DNA of 62,612 nt, counting the filler, from Candidatus Woesearchaeota archaeon CG1_02_57_44 (lineage in GTDB: Archaea > Nanobdellota > Nanobdellia > Woesearchaeales > CG1-02-57-44): the NCBI GenBank assembly GCA_001871415.1. It is 5 parts of 5 records of this genome, joined end to end, with 100 filler letters (N's around TTAATTAATTAA, not from the genome) between each part and the next. Parts side by side here need not be neighbours in the genome. Positions count along the whole stretch, not along the records: positions 1 to 11,671 come from MNWW01000015.1; 4 more parts are not named here. One strand, written 5' to 3'. The notes under the pieces are model-generated. The model was not told the origin of the DNA. It did not search any database and saw only the letters and a list, made by a program, of their open reading frames with translations. Shown piece after piece: positions 1 through 9,282 of the stretch. The position numbers were made by a program, and so were the translations under genes. Positions within the stretch are counted from its first letter, which is position 1, and each line of letters begins with the position of its first letter.

Positions 1-196
1 TGAGTATTCTTATAATATATTTATAGTTTTTGATAATATTTAATATAATAAAAGTTCTACAAATAGCGATTTGGAAGGTGATTAGTAAAAAACAACAAAA
101 TGTGGAATCTAAATTAAACTTATGGTGATAATGCGATACATCTAGTATATTATGGAGTTATTAGGGCTGAATATTCAAAAACCCTTCTGAATTAAG

Positions 197-204
197 TATA
201 AATA
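197..204 (+). promoter_or_regulatory. archaeal TATA box upstream of glmM
   Basis: TATAAATA ends 22 nt before the glmM ATG, matching archaeal TATA-to-start spacing. Confidence 0.6.
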
Positions 205-226
205 CCCCCTGGGCCTATGGGGGCAA

Positions 227-1576
227 ATGACATTATTTGGGACAGACGGCATCCGCGGTCCTGCCAATAAAGGCAGCATGACCGCAGAGACCATGCTGCA
301 GGTAGGCAAGGCATTGGGCCAGCGTATCTATCAGACAAGAAAGAATGGCAGGCCAAAGGTCATCATCGGCAAGGATACTCGCCTGTCTGGCTACATCTTC
401 GAATTCGCGCTCACTTCAGGGCTGTGTTCTGTCGGATGCGATGTACTGCTCGTCGGGCCCATGCCCACACCAGCTGTCGCGCATCTCACCAAGAGTTTTG
501 CCGCTGACGCGGGTATTGTCATTTCAGCGAGTCACAACACGTTTACGGACAACGGCATCAAAGTGTTCAACGCTGATGGTTTCAAGCTCAGCAGGGAAGA
601 AGAGGGACAGATTGAGGCGCTCGTCAAGGCAGGGCCGATAGCATCGTCATACGTCACAGGAGCTGACATCGGCAAGGCGTTTCGCATCAATGACGCTGCC
701 GGCCGTTACATCGAGTTCGCCAAGGCGTCCATCGCTAGTAGATCCCTGAAAGGCATCAAGCTGGTCATTGACTGCGCCAATGGCGCAGCCTACCAGATAG
801 CCAGCACCGTCTTCAGCGAGCTCGGCGCGCAGGTGACATTGCTCGCCAATCGCCCTGATGGCCTGAACATCAATAATGGCTGCGGTGCGTTGCATCCCGA
901 GCTTGTGACCAAGGCCGTGTTGGAGCAGAAGGCTGACTGCGGTATCGCCTTTGACGGCGACGCTGACCGTGTCATCATGGTGGACGAGAAAGGCGCTCTC
1001 GTCAACGGCGATCATATGCTGCTCATCCTGGCTAGGTATCTCCTGGCAAAAGATTTGCTGGAAAAGAACACGGTCGTCGCGACGGTCATGAGCAATCTCG
1101 GTCTGGAGCGCGCGTTGGTCAAGGAAGGTATAACGTTGGTGCGCACGGATGTGGGCGACAAGTTCGTGGCGGAAGAGCTCGCGCGCTCAGGCGCGACCCT
1201 GGGAGGCGAGCAATCCGGTCATATTATCGTGGGCAACTACTGTACCACCGGTGATGGCATCATCGGCGCGCTGCAGATACTGCGCGTCATGGCTGAGCAG
1301 CAAGCGTCACTGTCGACACTGGTCGCGCAATCAGGCTACACAGAAGTCCCTCAGGTGCTGCGCAATGTGTCCGTAGCGCGCAGGGTGGCGCTTGAGACCA
1401 TTCCTGCATTGCAGGAAGCGATAGGGCAGGCAGAGCGGGAGGTCCAAGGACGCGTGCTGCTGCGCTATTCTGGGACAGAGAACCTGCTGCGCATCCTGGT
1501 CGAAGGTCCTGACAAGAGGGCGATTGTGAAGGCTGCCAAACAATTGGAGCAGATAGCACTGAAGGTGCTCGCATGA
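227..1576 (+). CDS. glmM: phosphoglucosamine mutase
   Basis: FGTDGIRG N-terminus, SASHN phosphoserine motif, DGDADR metal loop, GEQSGH, RYSGTE; first gene of glmM-glmU-glmS. Confidence 0.95.
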   Translation: MTLFGTDGIRGPANKGSMTAETMLQVGKALGQRIYQTRKNGRPKVIIGKDTRLSGYIFEFALTSGLCSVGCDVLLVGPMPTPAVAHLTKSFAADAGIVISASHNTFTDNGIKVFNADGFKLSREEEGQIEALVKAGPIASSYVTGADIGKAFRINDAAGRYIEFAKASIASRSLKGIKLVIDCANGAAYQIASTVFSELGAQVTLLANRPDGLNINNGCGALHPELVTKAVLEQKADCGIAFDGDADRVIMVDEKGALVNGDHMLLILARYLLAKDLLEKNTVVATVMSNLGLERALVKEGITLVRTDVGDKFVAEELARSGATLGGEQSGHIIVGNYCTTGDGIIGALQILRVMAEQQASLSTLVAQSGYTEVPQVLRNVSVARRVALETIPALQEAIGQAEREVQGRVLLRYSGTENLLRILVEGPDKRAIVKAAKQLEQIALKVLA

Positions 1577-2844
1577 AAGCCGTCATCCTCGCCGCGGGCG
1601 CATCGACACGATGCTATCCGCTGACCTTGTCCAGGCCAAAGCCGCTCCTGCCGCTCGCTAATACACCTATTCTTCTGCGCACCATCGCGATGCTTGACGG
1701 GCTGGTCGATGGCATTATCGTTGTCGCTGGCTACAAGGCAGAGCTGCTCAAGGAGTCCATACGGGAGCTCAGCTCAGACGCGCATATCGAAGTGGTCCTG
1801 CAGGATGAGCCCAAAGGTACAGGTCACGCGCTGCTGCAGGCGAAAGACGCCTGCGCAGAGGACACGGGCGAGTTTATCCTGGTGCTCAATGGTGATGATC
1901 TGTTCGCGCGCGCTGACCTGCAGGCGCTGCTGGTTACGACGAAGTCTGACGCTCGGCCAGGCGCCGCGATCCTGGTCCAGGAAGTGCCTGCGGCAGAGAA
2001 GCATCGCTTCGGCATGGTGCGAGCCAAGGAGGGTATACTGGTAGCGCTGGAGGAAAAGCCGCCGCAGCAGGGTGGCGCAGAACTGGCGACGGAGCCAGGC
2101 AGCGCCTATACAGGTGCCGCGATCCTGCCATCATCGGTCTTTACGCTCCTGGAATCGCTCGAGCCAAGCCCCCGAGGGGAACTGGAGCTCACGGACGCGC
2201 TGCTCGCGCTCAACAAGACCAGACCTATCAGCGTCGTCACCGGCTTTGGCTGGCTGCCGCTGGCCTATCCCTGGGACTTGCTCGTGGCCAACCGCGCGGT
2301 CATGGGTGCGATGGTAGAAGACCTTACCATCTCACCTGAAGCCGAGATCGAGAATGGCGCCACAATCAAAGGTCCGGTCGCTATCGGCAAAGGAACGCGC
2401 GTGCTTGCCGGAAGCTATATCGAAGGGCCAGTGATGATCGGCGAGGACTGTCTCATCGGCCCAAACTGCTACCTGCGCCCGTGGACTTGTATCGGCGATG
2501 ACTGTCACATAGGTCAGGCAGTGGAGCTCAAGTCCACGTTGGTCTTCGATCAGACCAACATCGCGCACCTCTCGTATGTCGGTGATTCCATCATCGGCGA
2601 AGGTGTCAATCTTGGCGCGGGGACGATTGTCGCCAACTTGCGCCATGATGGTGGCACGGTCAAGTCGATGGTCCGTGGTAAGCTTGTCGACACAGGCCTT
2701 CGCAAGTTCGGCGCGGTCATCGGCGATAACGCCAAGGTTGGCATTCACACAAGTATCCTCCCAGGCCGCAGACTTTGGCCGCAGACGCACACACGACCTG
2801 CTCAAGTCGTAGAGCGCGATATCATGCCAGAAGGTGGCGCGTGA
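1573..2844 (+). CDS. glmU: bifunctional sugar-1-phosphate nucleotidylyltransferase/acetyltransferase (archaeal GlmU-type)
   Basis: ILAAG..TR..PLT..RPKPL nucleotidyltransferase start, C-terminal hexapeptide beta-helix with HLSYVGDS; ATGA overlap with glmM. Confidence 0.85.
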   Translation: MKAVILAAGASTRCYPLTLSRPKPLLPLANTPILLRTIAMLDGLVDGIIVVAGYKAELLKESIRELSSDAHIEVVLQDEPKGTGHALLQAKDACAEDTGEFILVLNGDDLFARADLQALLVTTKSDARPGAAILVQEVPAAEKHRFGMVRAKEGILVALEEKPPQQGGAELATEPGSAYTGAAILPSSVFTLLESLEPSPRGELELTDALLALNKTRPISVVTGFGWLPLAYPWDLLVANRAVMGAMVEDLTISPEAEIENGATIKGPVAIGKGTRVLAGSYIEGPVMIGEDCLIGPNCYLRPWTCIGDDCHIGQAVELKSTLVFDQTNIAHLSYVGDSIIGEGVNLGAGTIVANLRHDGGTVKSMVRGKLVDTGLRKFGAVIGDNAKVGIHTSILPGRRLWPQTHTRPAQVVERDIMPEGGA

Positions 2845-2896
2845 TGGAGGACAATCATCTGATGACCGGCAATCCGATTATCGCAGGTGATAGTTG

Positions 2897-4693
2897 ATGT
2901 GCGGCATCCTGGGCATGGTGAGCAAGGATTCTTTCAGCGTGCGCGAGCTTGTTTCGCGCCTCCAGCGCCTGGAGTATCGGGGGTATGATTCCGCCGGTTG
3001 CGCCACAGCAGAAGGCTTCCTGCGCCGAAAGGTCGGCTCTATCAGTGGGTTTCTGGCATCCCTGCCCGAAGACGCGGCGCCAGATGCGACCACCTGTGCA
3101 GCAATCGCGCACACGCGCTGGGCAACGCACGGGGGCATCGCCGAGCAGAACGCGCATCCGCATTGCGCAGGCGACGTCTGCATCGTCCATAATGGCATCA
3201 TCGAGAATTTTTTAGAGCTCAAAGAGGAGCTCGAGCTCAAAGGGGCTATTTTTCGCTCAGAGACAGACAGCGAGGTCATTGCCCATTTCCTGCAGCAGTA
3301 CGCAGCAGAACCTGACCTGCACAAGGGCATGCAGGATCTGATGGAGCGCCTGCACGGCACCTATGCCATCATCGCGCTGCGCAAAGGAGACCCGCGCTTA
3401 TGGGTGGCCAAGAAAGACAGCCCAGTGGTGCTGGGTATTGTGGGGTCTGGTGGATCTGCCTCCGCTGATGGATATTCCTCTTATATCGTCTCCAGCGACA
3501 TCTTCGCGTTCAGCGACCTGACCAGGAAAGCCGTGTTCCTGGAAGATTTTCAATATCTGATGATAGACGCCAAGAGCGCGCGCCTCTATGACCGCAAAGG
3601 CAAGCAGCTTCCTGTCAAGCCTAAGGAATTCCACTGGGAAAGTCACAATGGCGGAAAGATGCACTATGAGCATCACATGATAAAGGAGATATACGAGGTT
3701 CCGGATGTCGCCAGAAATCTGGAAGAATCACTCGCAGGTCCGCAAGCCGCAAGTCTCAGTCGCATGATATCATTACTGCGCGAGTCCTCGCGCATCATCT
3801 TGCTGGGATCCGGTACATCCTACCATGCCGCCTTACTGGGTCGTCATCTTCTCACTGCCGCAGGGCTGGACGCTTACGCGTATGCCTCCACAGACTTTGA
3901 TGCGAGCATGGCGCGAAGCCATGACGCGATTATCGCCATCAGCCAGTCTGGAGAGACCATGGATCTGCTGGTGACGCTCAAGGCCATTGCGGCGAGGCCG
4001 GATCGCGGCGATATCCGCATCATGGGCTTGGTCAATGTGCCGCATAGCAGCATCGAGCGTATGGCCGACTGCTGCATCCGTGTGGAGGCAGGCCAGGAGG
4101 TCTGTGTCGCGGCCACAAAATCATTCGCCAATCAGATCGTCGCGCTGCTGACCTTGGCAAAGGCGTTCGGCTTCAAGACCACCTATGCGCGACTGCCCTT
4201 GGCAGAGGTCATCGAGCAGGCAGAGCCAGTAGCGCAGGAGATAGCGCCGTGGCTGGCGTCCAAGCAGAGCATGTACATCATCGGCGCAGGCGCGTGCTAT
4301 CCCGCTGCCATGGAGATGGCGCTCAAGATAAAGGAGGTCTCCTACATCCACGCCGAGGGCATGCTGGCCGGCGAGCTCAAGCACGGCACCCTGGCATTGA
4401 TTGAGAAAGACGTTCCGGTCATCGCGATAATTCCTGACGCCAAGTCTCATACAGTCAGCAGCGTCAAGGAGGTCGAGGCGCGAGGGGCGAGCAGTGTGCT
4501 GGTGGCAGGAGCAGACAAGGCAGAGCTTGGCCTCAAAGGCAAGGCGCTCTTTCGCGTGCCGGCAGGGAGTGATGCTGAAGTGTCGTTGTTCGCCGCCATC
4601 TGCGGCCAGCTCATCGCGTACTACACGGCCAAACACCTTGACAGGCCAATCGATAAGCCGCGGAATCTGGCCAAGAGCGTGACCGTGCTATGA
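2897..4693 (+). CDS. glmS: glutamine--fructose-6-phosphate aminotransferase
   Basis: MCGI Ntn start, LEYRGYDSAG, HTRWATHG, two SIS domains, PRNLAKSVT; GGTGA SD before ATG 2897. Confidence 0.96.
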   Translation: MCGILGMVSKDSFSVRELVSRLQRLEYRGYDSAGCATAEGFLRRKVGSISGFLASLPEDAAPDATTCAAIAHTRWATHGGIAEQNAHPHCAGDVCIVHNGIIENFLELKEELELKGAIFRSETDSEVIAHFLQQYAAEPDLHKGMQDLMERLHGTYAIIALRKGDPRLWVAKKDSPVVLGIVGSGGSASADGYSSYIVSSDIFAFSDLTRKAVFLEDFQYLMIDAKSARLYDRKGKQLPVKPKEFHWESHNGGKMHYEHHMIKEIYEVPDVARNLEESLAGPQAASLSRMISLLRESSRIILLGSGTSYHAALLGRHLLTAAGLDAYAYASTDFDASMARSHDAIIAISQSGETMDLLVTLKAIAARPDRGDIRIMGLVNVPHSSIERMADCCIRVEAGQEVCVAATKSFANQIVALLTLAKAFGFKTTYARLPLAEVIEQAEPVAQEIAPWLASKQSMYIIGAGACYPAAMEMALKIKEVSYIHAEGMLAGELKHGTLALIEKDVPVIAIIPDAKSHTVSSVKEVEARGASSVLVAGADKAELGLKGKALFRVPAGSDAEVSLFAAICGQLIAYYTAKHLDRPIDKPRNLAKSVTVL

Positions 4694-5157
4694 AAGCGCC
4701 CTCGTGGTTTGGGGCATTGCAGGGGAGCAGACGACAGGGGTTGTCAGGTACGTGGATCGAATGGGCCAGCGTCTTGATCAGTATCTTGGTGCTTGCTCTG
4801 GGCGTATGGTTCTTGCATATTGTCCGTGGCGTTCCTCTTGGAGCGGACGCGAACACAGGACAGCGGGTGATATTTGGGTCGCTTCTGGTGTTCTGTCTCT
4901 TCATCCTGCCGGTCATCATCCAGTTCCGCTGGCAGGGTAAGTCCATCGGCAAGGCTGAATACGCCCGACGAAAGAAGTTTCTCGAGCTGTTGCCCAAGAC
5001 CATCGATCCGTCCATCAGCGAGTCTGACTTCGAGGCGCTCTATGATTTGATGCTCTCCGAGAAGGAATTGACCGGTCCAACTGCGCGAAAGCAGCAGAAA
5101 TACATCACCTTATACAATCAGCAGAAGGGATTGCTCGGAAGAACCCGGATTCAGTAG
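4690..5157 (+). CDS. hypothetical two-TM membrane protein, paralog of 5183-5719
   Basis: ATGA overlap with glmS, two hydrophobic helices, SIGKAEYARRKKFL motif shared with the next ORF. Confidence 0.75.
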   Translation: MKAPSWFGALQGSRRQGLSGTWIEWASVLISILVLALGVWFLHIVRGVPLGADANTGQRVIFGSLLVFCLFILPVIIQFRWQGKSIGKAEYARRKKFLELLPKTIDPSISESDFEALYDLMLSEKELTGPTARKQQKYITLYNQQKGLLGRTRIQ

Positions 5158-5182
5158 CCCAAGACATAGTGATAGGTGAACG

Positions 5183-5719
5183 ATGATGAGTGAAGCGACA
5201 GGGAGTGGACGGGTGGCTGAATCAAAGGCCGCGACGAGCAGTGAAGACGATTCTGGCGCCAATGATGAAGCGCGCATCTTTCAGGAATTAAAGCCCGTGT
5301 TGCTGAAGAGTTGGATAACGTTCTTTGTTGTGGCGATGATCATCGACCATTTCTTCCCGCATACGCGTCCCTTATTTGAGGGGCCTGATTGGGGCCCTGT
5401 GGGAACGCGGCTCATGTCGCTGGCCTTCATCGTCTGTACCCTCGTTCTTCCGTTCCTGTTGAACAGGAAAGGGCATGTTCACTCCATCGGAAAGGCTGAA
5501 TACGCGAGAAGAAAGAGATTTCTTGCGCACCTACGGAAAGGCTCTGCGCCAGCTATGGATATATGGGACCTTGATAGTCTCACGACCTTCATGCTCGAGA
5601 AGAAGCATCTCGCGGGCGAGGGCATCCCAGCCAGACTGCGGCCCTACATCGAGATGTACGAGAAGCAGAAAGGTCAGATTAGCACTGCGCATGATGGTGA
5701 AGGGCGTAAAGGTCGATAG
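5183..5719 (+). CDS. hypothetical two-TM membrane protein, paralog of 4690-5157
   Basis: AGGTGA SD, two TM helices, SIGKAEYARRKRFL and YIxxYxxQKG motifs. Confidence 0.75.
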   Translation: MMSEATGSGRVAESKAATSSEDDSGANDEARIFQELKPVLLKSWITFFVVAMIIDHFFPHTRPLFEGPDWGPVGTRLMSLAFIVCTLVLPFLLNRKGHVHSIGKAEYARRKRFLAHLRKGSAPAMDIWDLDSLTTFMLEKKHLAGEGIPARLRPYIEMYEKQKGQISTAHDGEGRKGR

Positions 5720-5738
5720 GGATAGTGGGGGTGCTTTC

Positions 5739-5876
5739 TTATTGCAAAGCACGTGGGTTGAATACCCCGTCCTTCAGGACGTGCTTTGCAATTCAAAAAT
5801 TCGCCTGCAATGACGAGGCGCGGCAATACAGCGGCCTTCAGGCCGCGGTTAGCGCCGAGTGGCGGATTTTTGTTAT
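5739..5876 (+). mobile_element. structured ~137-bp repeat, copy 1 (putative non-autonomous IS200/IS605-type element)
   Basis: Matches copies at 40768, 51437 and 62373 apart from one inserted T and three substitutions; TTAT at both ends; two TTCA-loop hairpins. Confidence 0.75.
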
Positions 5877-6190
5877 TCGAGGATTGTCGGTTCTCGTCGA
5901 CAATGACGCGTAAGTGACGCGTCAATGACTCATGAGTCGGGCTTTTTCTTTTACAGAATCGTTGCACCTTTGTCCCATGACGCGCCGATCCTTCACGGCG
6001 CGCTATTCGTCATCTTCCAGAGCATCCGGAATTGTTTTTGATACGCCTCCTGCCCGCAATGCCAGTTATTGGTGGATTCGTATTTCTGCCTGGTGCATCA
6101 ATGCTATGGTCGTGAGGTCGTGCTCACCACGGCGCAGGGAAGGATATTGTATGATGTGAGAAATTGAAGCTATCGGGCTGCTGGCCATAT

Positions 6191-6865
6191 TCACAAGAAC
6201 TCGCTCCAATGCTTCTCCGATACATCCGAGCCCTGGTAGAACTTGACCTGCGGAAACAGCGCGGAGAATAGTCTCACAAACTCCTGCTGTTTGACCTGCA
6301 ATCCTGCTTCAAGCAACCGCGATGCCAGTTCCTGGCCAAGCTCTTGTTCAGTCTTTCCTTCGCCTGGCTTGTAGTCAAGCACATCTGTGAGCGTCGCGTC
6401 GCAGAGGAAACCTTCATTCATGGCCAAGACAATTTTGCGCCCACTACATCGCAATTCCCTGCGCTCGAGCGATACCGTGAGATCATCGCGCGTCCAGAAC
6501 TCCTGCTCTCTATTATCTTTCTGGTCAATAGCCCGGGCTGCTGTATTGCTGCCTTGACCTCTTGTCTGTTTTGTCCTCGTCTTCTTCTTTTCTGGTTCAA
6601 CCTTGATGACTTGTGGTTCCTGACGCGGCTGCAGCTTGAATCCAAACTGCAGCAATTCCTGCTCCACCGCGCTGCGGATGAGCTCGGAAGGAGTGCTGCC
6701 CTGCAAAGGCGATTCGGTCCTCTGACGCGATGGCGAAGCTGGCTGCAGTTCGATAACGCGTCCCAGATAGCTTGTGACCTTCTGCCGCGGGCCTTTGGCT
6801 GTCCACTCATTCGTGACCTGATACGCGTACGGCTGGCCTTTGATGCGTTTGACCCGTATGAACAT
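6191..6865 (-). CDS. hypothetical protein with basic N-terminal domain
   Basis: 224-aa ORF starting MFIRVKRIKGQPYAY...RQKV..YLGR; AT-rich promoter region shared with the divergent ORF. Confidence 0.75.
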   Translation of the reverse strand: MFIRVKRIKGQPYAYQVTNEWTAKGPRQKVTSYLGRVIELQPASPSRQRTESPLQGSTPSELIRSAVEQELLQFGFKLQPRQEPQVIKVEPEKKKTRTKQTRGQGSNTAARAIDQKDNREQEFWTRDDLTVSLERRELRCSGRKIVLAMNEGFLCDATLTDVLDYKPGEGKTEQELGQELASRLLEAGLQVKQQEFVRLFSALFPQVKFYQGSDVSEKHWSEFL

Positions 6866-6916
6866 GAGGATACCTTAAAGAATAACTATTTAAATCATTT
6901 TCCGAAGTTCTAGACT

Positions 6917-7651
6917 ATGACAACCGAAGCGGTACTACCCGCACAGGAATTTCTTCCCCTTCAGCTTCCTGCTGAAGTGCGCATGGAACATATACCTGAA
7001 ACGTTCATTCTTTCGGATTTTCCGCGTGTGCTCCAGCGCGAGCTTGAGCAGGAGCGCATCCTGTTGGAATTTCTGGTCTTGCAGCTGGAGCGGATAAAGG
7101 AGCCCCTGCTCAGCGAGAAGCCAGCGACAATCGATCGCATGGCGGATGACACGCCTGCGACAACAGTGATCAAGACAGAACCCGATGACATCAAGCCTCA
7201 CTACGACAACGCGCCTCCCTATTTTGCAGACCTGCCGCAGATGACTTTCTACAGCAGGCCGCAGGAGGACCTGATGGCCCAGAGGGCGAGCCGCGCTCCT
7301 GCGACAGACTTGGCCAAACAGATGGTTTTGAACTGGGGTGGTGGATTCGCGTCAACACACCTCTCCAAGGAAGCGTCCCGCTGGGTGAACCCGAAGACCA
7401 ACAGGACGCGCCGCTGGCTGCATATGTCCAGTCCGCATACGGATTGTGAGTTATGCGCGCTCTATGGCTACTGGTATTGTCCAGTGCATCAGATAATTCA
7501 CAACAAGGGCTACAGCTCAAAGAAAGGTGGCAAGGGCGGCAATTCCTTCTATTATTCCGGTGAAGTCAGTGGCAATGCTTCCAGCGCATCACGTTCGTCG
7601 ATAGCGGCGATGGAAACAGCAGTCGTCGCAAGCGCATACAAGGCGCGATAG
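6917..7651 (+). CDS. hypothetical protein with C-terminal Cys/His cluster
   Basis: 244-aa ORF after TTTAAA box; HTDCELC-x6-CPVH. Confidence 0.7.
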   Translation: MTTEAVLPAQEFLPLQLPAEVRMEHIPETFILSDFPRVLQRELEQERILLEFLVLQLERIKEPLLSEKPATIDRMADDTPATTVIKTEPDDIKPHYDNAPPYFADLPQMTFYSRPQEDLMAQRASRAPATDLAKQMVLNWGGGFASTHLSKEASRWVNPKTNRTRRWLHMSSPHTDCELCALYGYWYCPVHQIIHNKGYSSKKGGKGGNSFYYSGEVSGNASSASRSSIAAMETAVVASAYKAR

Positions 7652-7679
7652 ACCAACAATAGGCCCGAAGGTGCGCTAC

Positions 7680-8858
7680 CTACAGCGTCCGATAGCTCTT
7701 CTTAATCCACTCGTCCATACGGTCCATGCCCTTGATGATGTTCTCTACGCTCAGCGCGTAGCTCATCCGGATATACTTGTCCGCGCCGAACGCCGCGCCA
7801 GGAACGACCGCCACTTTCGCTTCCTCCAGCAGTGCCGCGGCGAGCGCGTTGCTGTCTGGTATCTTCTGGTTGAAGAGCTTAGAGACGTTCGGGAACACAT
7901 AGAATGCTCCCTGTGGTTTCTTGATGGACACGCCGCGCATCCTGTTGAGCCGCTCGCAGATGAGGTCACGGCGTATCTTGAACTCGTGTTTCATGCGCGC
8001 CACTTCGTCCTGCGGGCCGGTTATGGCAGCGAGCGCGGCTTTCTGCGCGATGCTGTTGGCGCCTGACGTGCTATGGTCCTGGATGCGCGAGGCAGCGGAG
8101 ATGATATCCTTGGGTCCTGCGGCGTAGCCGATGCGCCAGCCGGTCATGCTGTAGGCCTTGGATACGCCGTTGATAGTGATCACGAGATCCTGCATGCCTG
8201 GCAGACTGGCCATGCTGCAATGCTCGCCCTCGTAGATGAGCTTCTCGTAGATCTCATCAGAGATCACATAGATCCCTTTTTCCTTGCACACTGCTGCTAT
8301 CGCTTCGATATCATCGCGCGTGAGCAGCATGCCCGTGGGATTGCTGGCCGTGCATAAGATGAGCAGCTTGGTCTTGTTGTTGATCTTGGCCAGTATCTTC
8401 TGCGCTGTGGGCCTGAATCCTGTGGTCTTGACGATGACCGGTTTGCCGCCAGCCAGGTTCACCATCTCCACGTACGAGACCCAGTAGGGTTCAGGGATAA
8501 GCACTTGATCCTTCGGATTGACCAGCGCGAGTATGGTGTTATACAGCGCTTGCTTGCCGCCGGCCGTGACAATCACTTGTTCTGGCGTGACATTTACGCC
8601 ATTTTCCCTGCCGAGCTTTTCAGCTATCGCCGCGCGTAGTTCAGGGATGCCAGGTGTGGGTGTATACTTGGTGAAGCCTGCGTCGATGGCTGCCTTGGCG
8701 GCGTCCTTGATGTGTCGGGGCGTGTCAAAGTCCGGCTCGCCCGCGCCGAAACCGATGACGTCGATGCCTTGCGCCTTCATCGCCTTTGCTTTAGCGGTGA
8801 TGGCGAGCGTCGCGCTGGGCTTGACGAGCATCGCCCTGTCGCTGAGCTTGTGTTCCAT
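7680..8858 (-). CDS. aspC: class I PLP-dependent (aspartate) aminotransferase
   Basis: GEPDFDTP, SNPTG, DEIY, SKAYSMTGWRIG PLP-lysine motif; GAGGTGA SD before ATG 8858. Confidence 0.9.
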   Translation of the reverse strand: MEHKLSDRAMLVKPSATLAITAKAKAMKAQGIDVIGFGAGEPDFDTPRHIKDAAKAAIDAGFTKYTPTPGIPELRAAIAEKLGRENGVNVTPEQVIVTAGGKQALYNTILALVNPKDQVLIPEPYWVSYVEMVNLAGGKPVIVKTTGFRPTAQKILAKINNKTKLLILCTASNPTGMLLTRDDIEAIAAVCKEKGIYVISDEIYEKLIYEGEHCSMASLPGMQDLVITINGVSKAYSMTGWRIGYAAGPKDIISAASRIQDHSTSGANSIAQKAALAAITGPQDEVARMKHEFKIRRDLICERLNRMRGVSIKKPQGAFYVFPNVSKLFNQKIPDSNALAAALLEEAKVAVVPGAAFGADKYIRMSYALSVENIIKGMDRMDEWIKKSYRTL

Positions 8859-8942
8859 GAGTGTCACCTCTTCGCTATTATCATCGCTGTTCTCACAGTA
8901 ATATGAGAATCTGCAAGGCAGGGTCAATTATATACTTTGTTG

Positions 8943-9000
8943 TGGTATATTCGGAAGACTGGAGGGGATGGTGTGTGGGATGGTATATTCGGAAGACTGG
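8943..9000. repeat. perfect 20-bp direct repeat x2
   Basis: TGGTATATTCGGAAGACTGG at 8943-8962 and 8981-9000 with an 18-bp spacer. Confidence 0.9.
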
Positions 9001-9282
9001 TCGCGTTGTTGTCGGCTACAGATGCAATGCCGCGGATACTTCAGCAGATGGACGCGCTGTCGACATCTTTGTTTCCTCTATTCGTCATCCAGAGCCGAAC
9101 ATTTGCCGCATTTCGCACCCTGTTTGGATTAATCTTAAATATCAGTTATTGGGATGCCCGGACAAGGGTTTCCGTTGTCCGAACAACTTTGATGCGAGAC
9201 TGCGGCATCCGGGCAATCATCAGGTCCATTACGTTCATTGGACCAATCATTAGACGGATAGACGGGAAAGAGGTAGACCATC

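Noticed and set aside
8943..9000. Possible mini-CRISPR
   Set aside because: Only two 20-bp repeats with an 18-bp spacer, both too short
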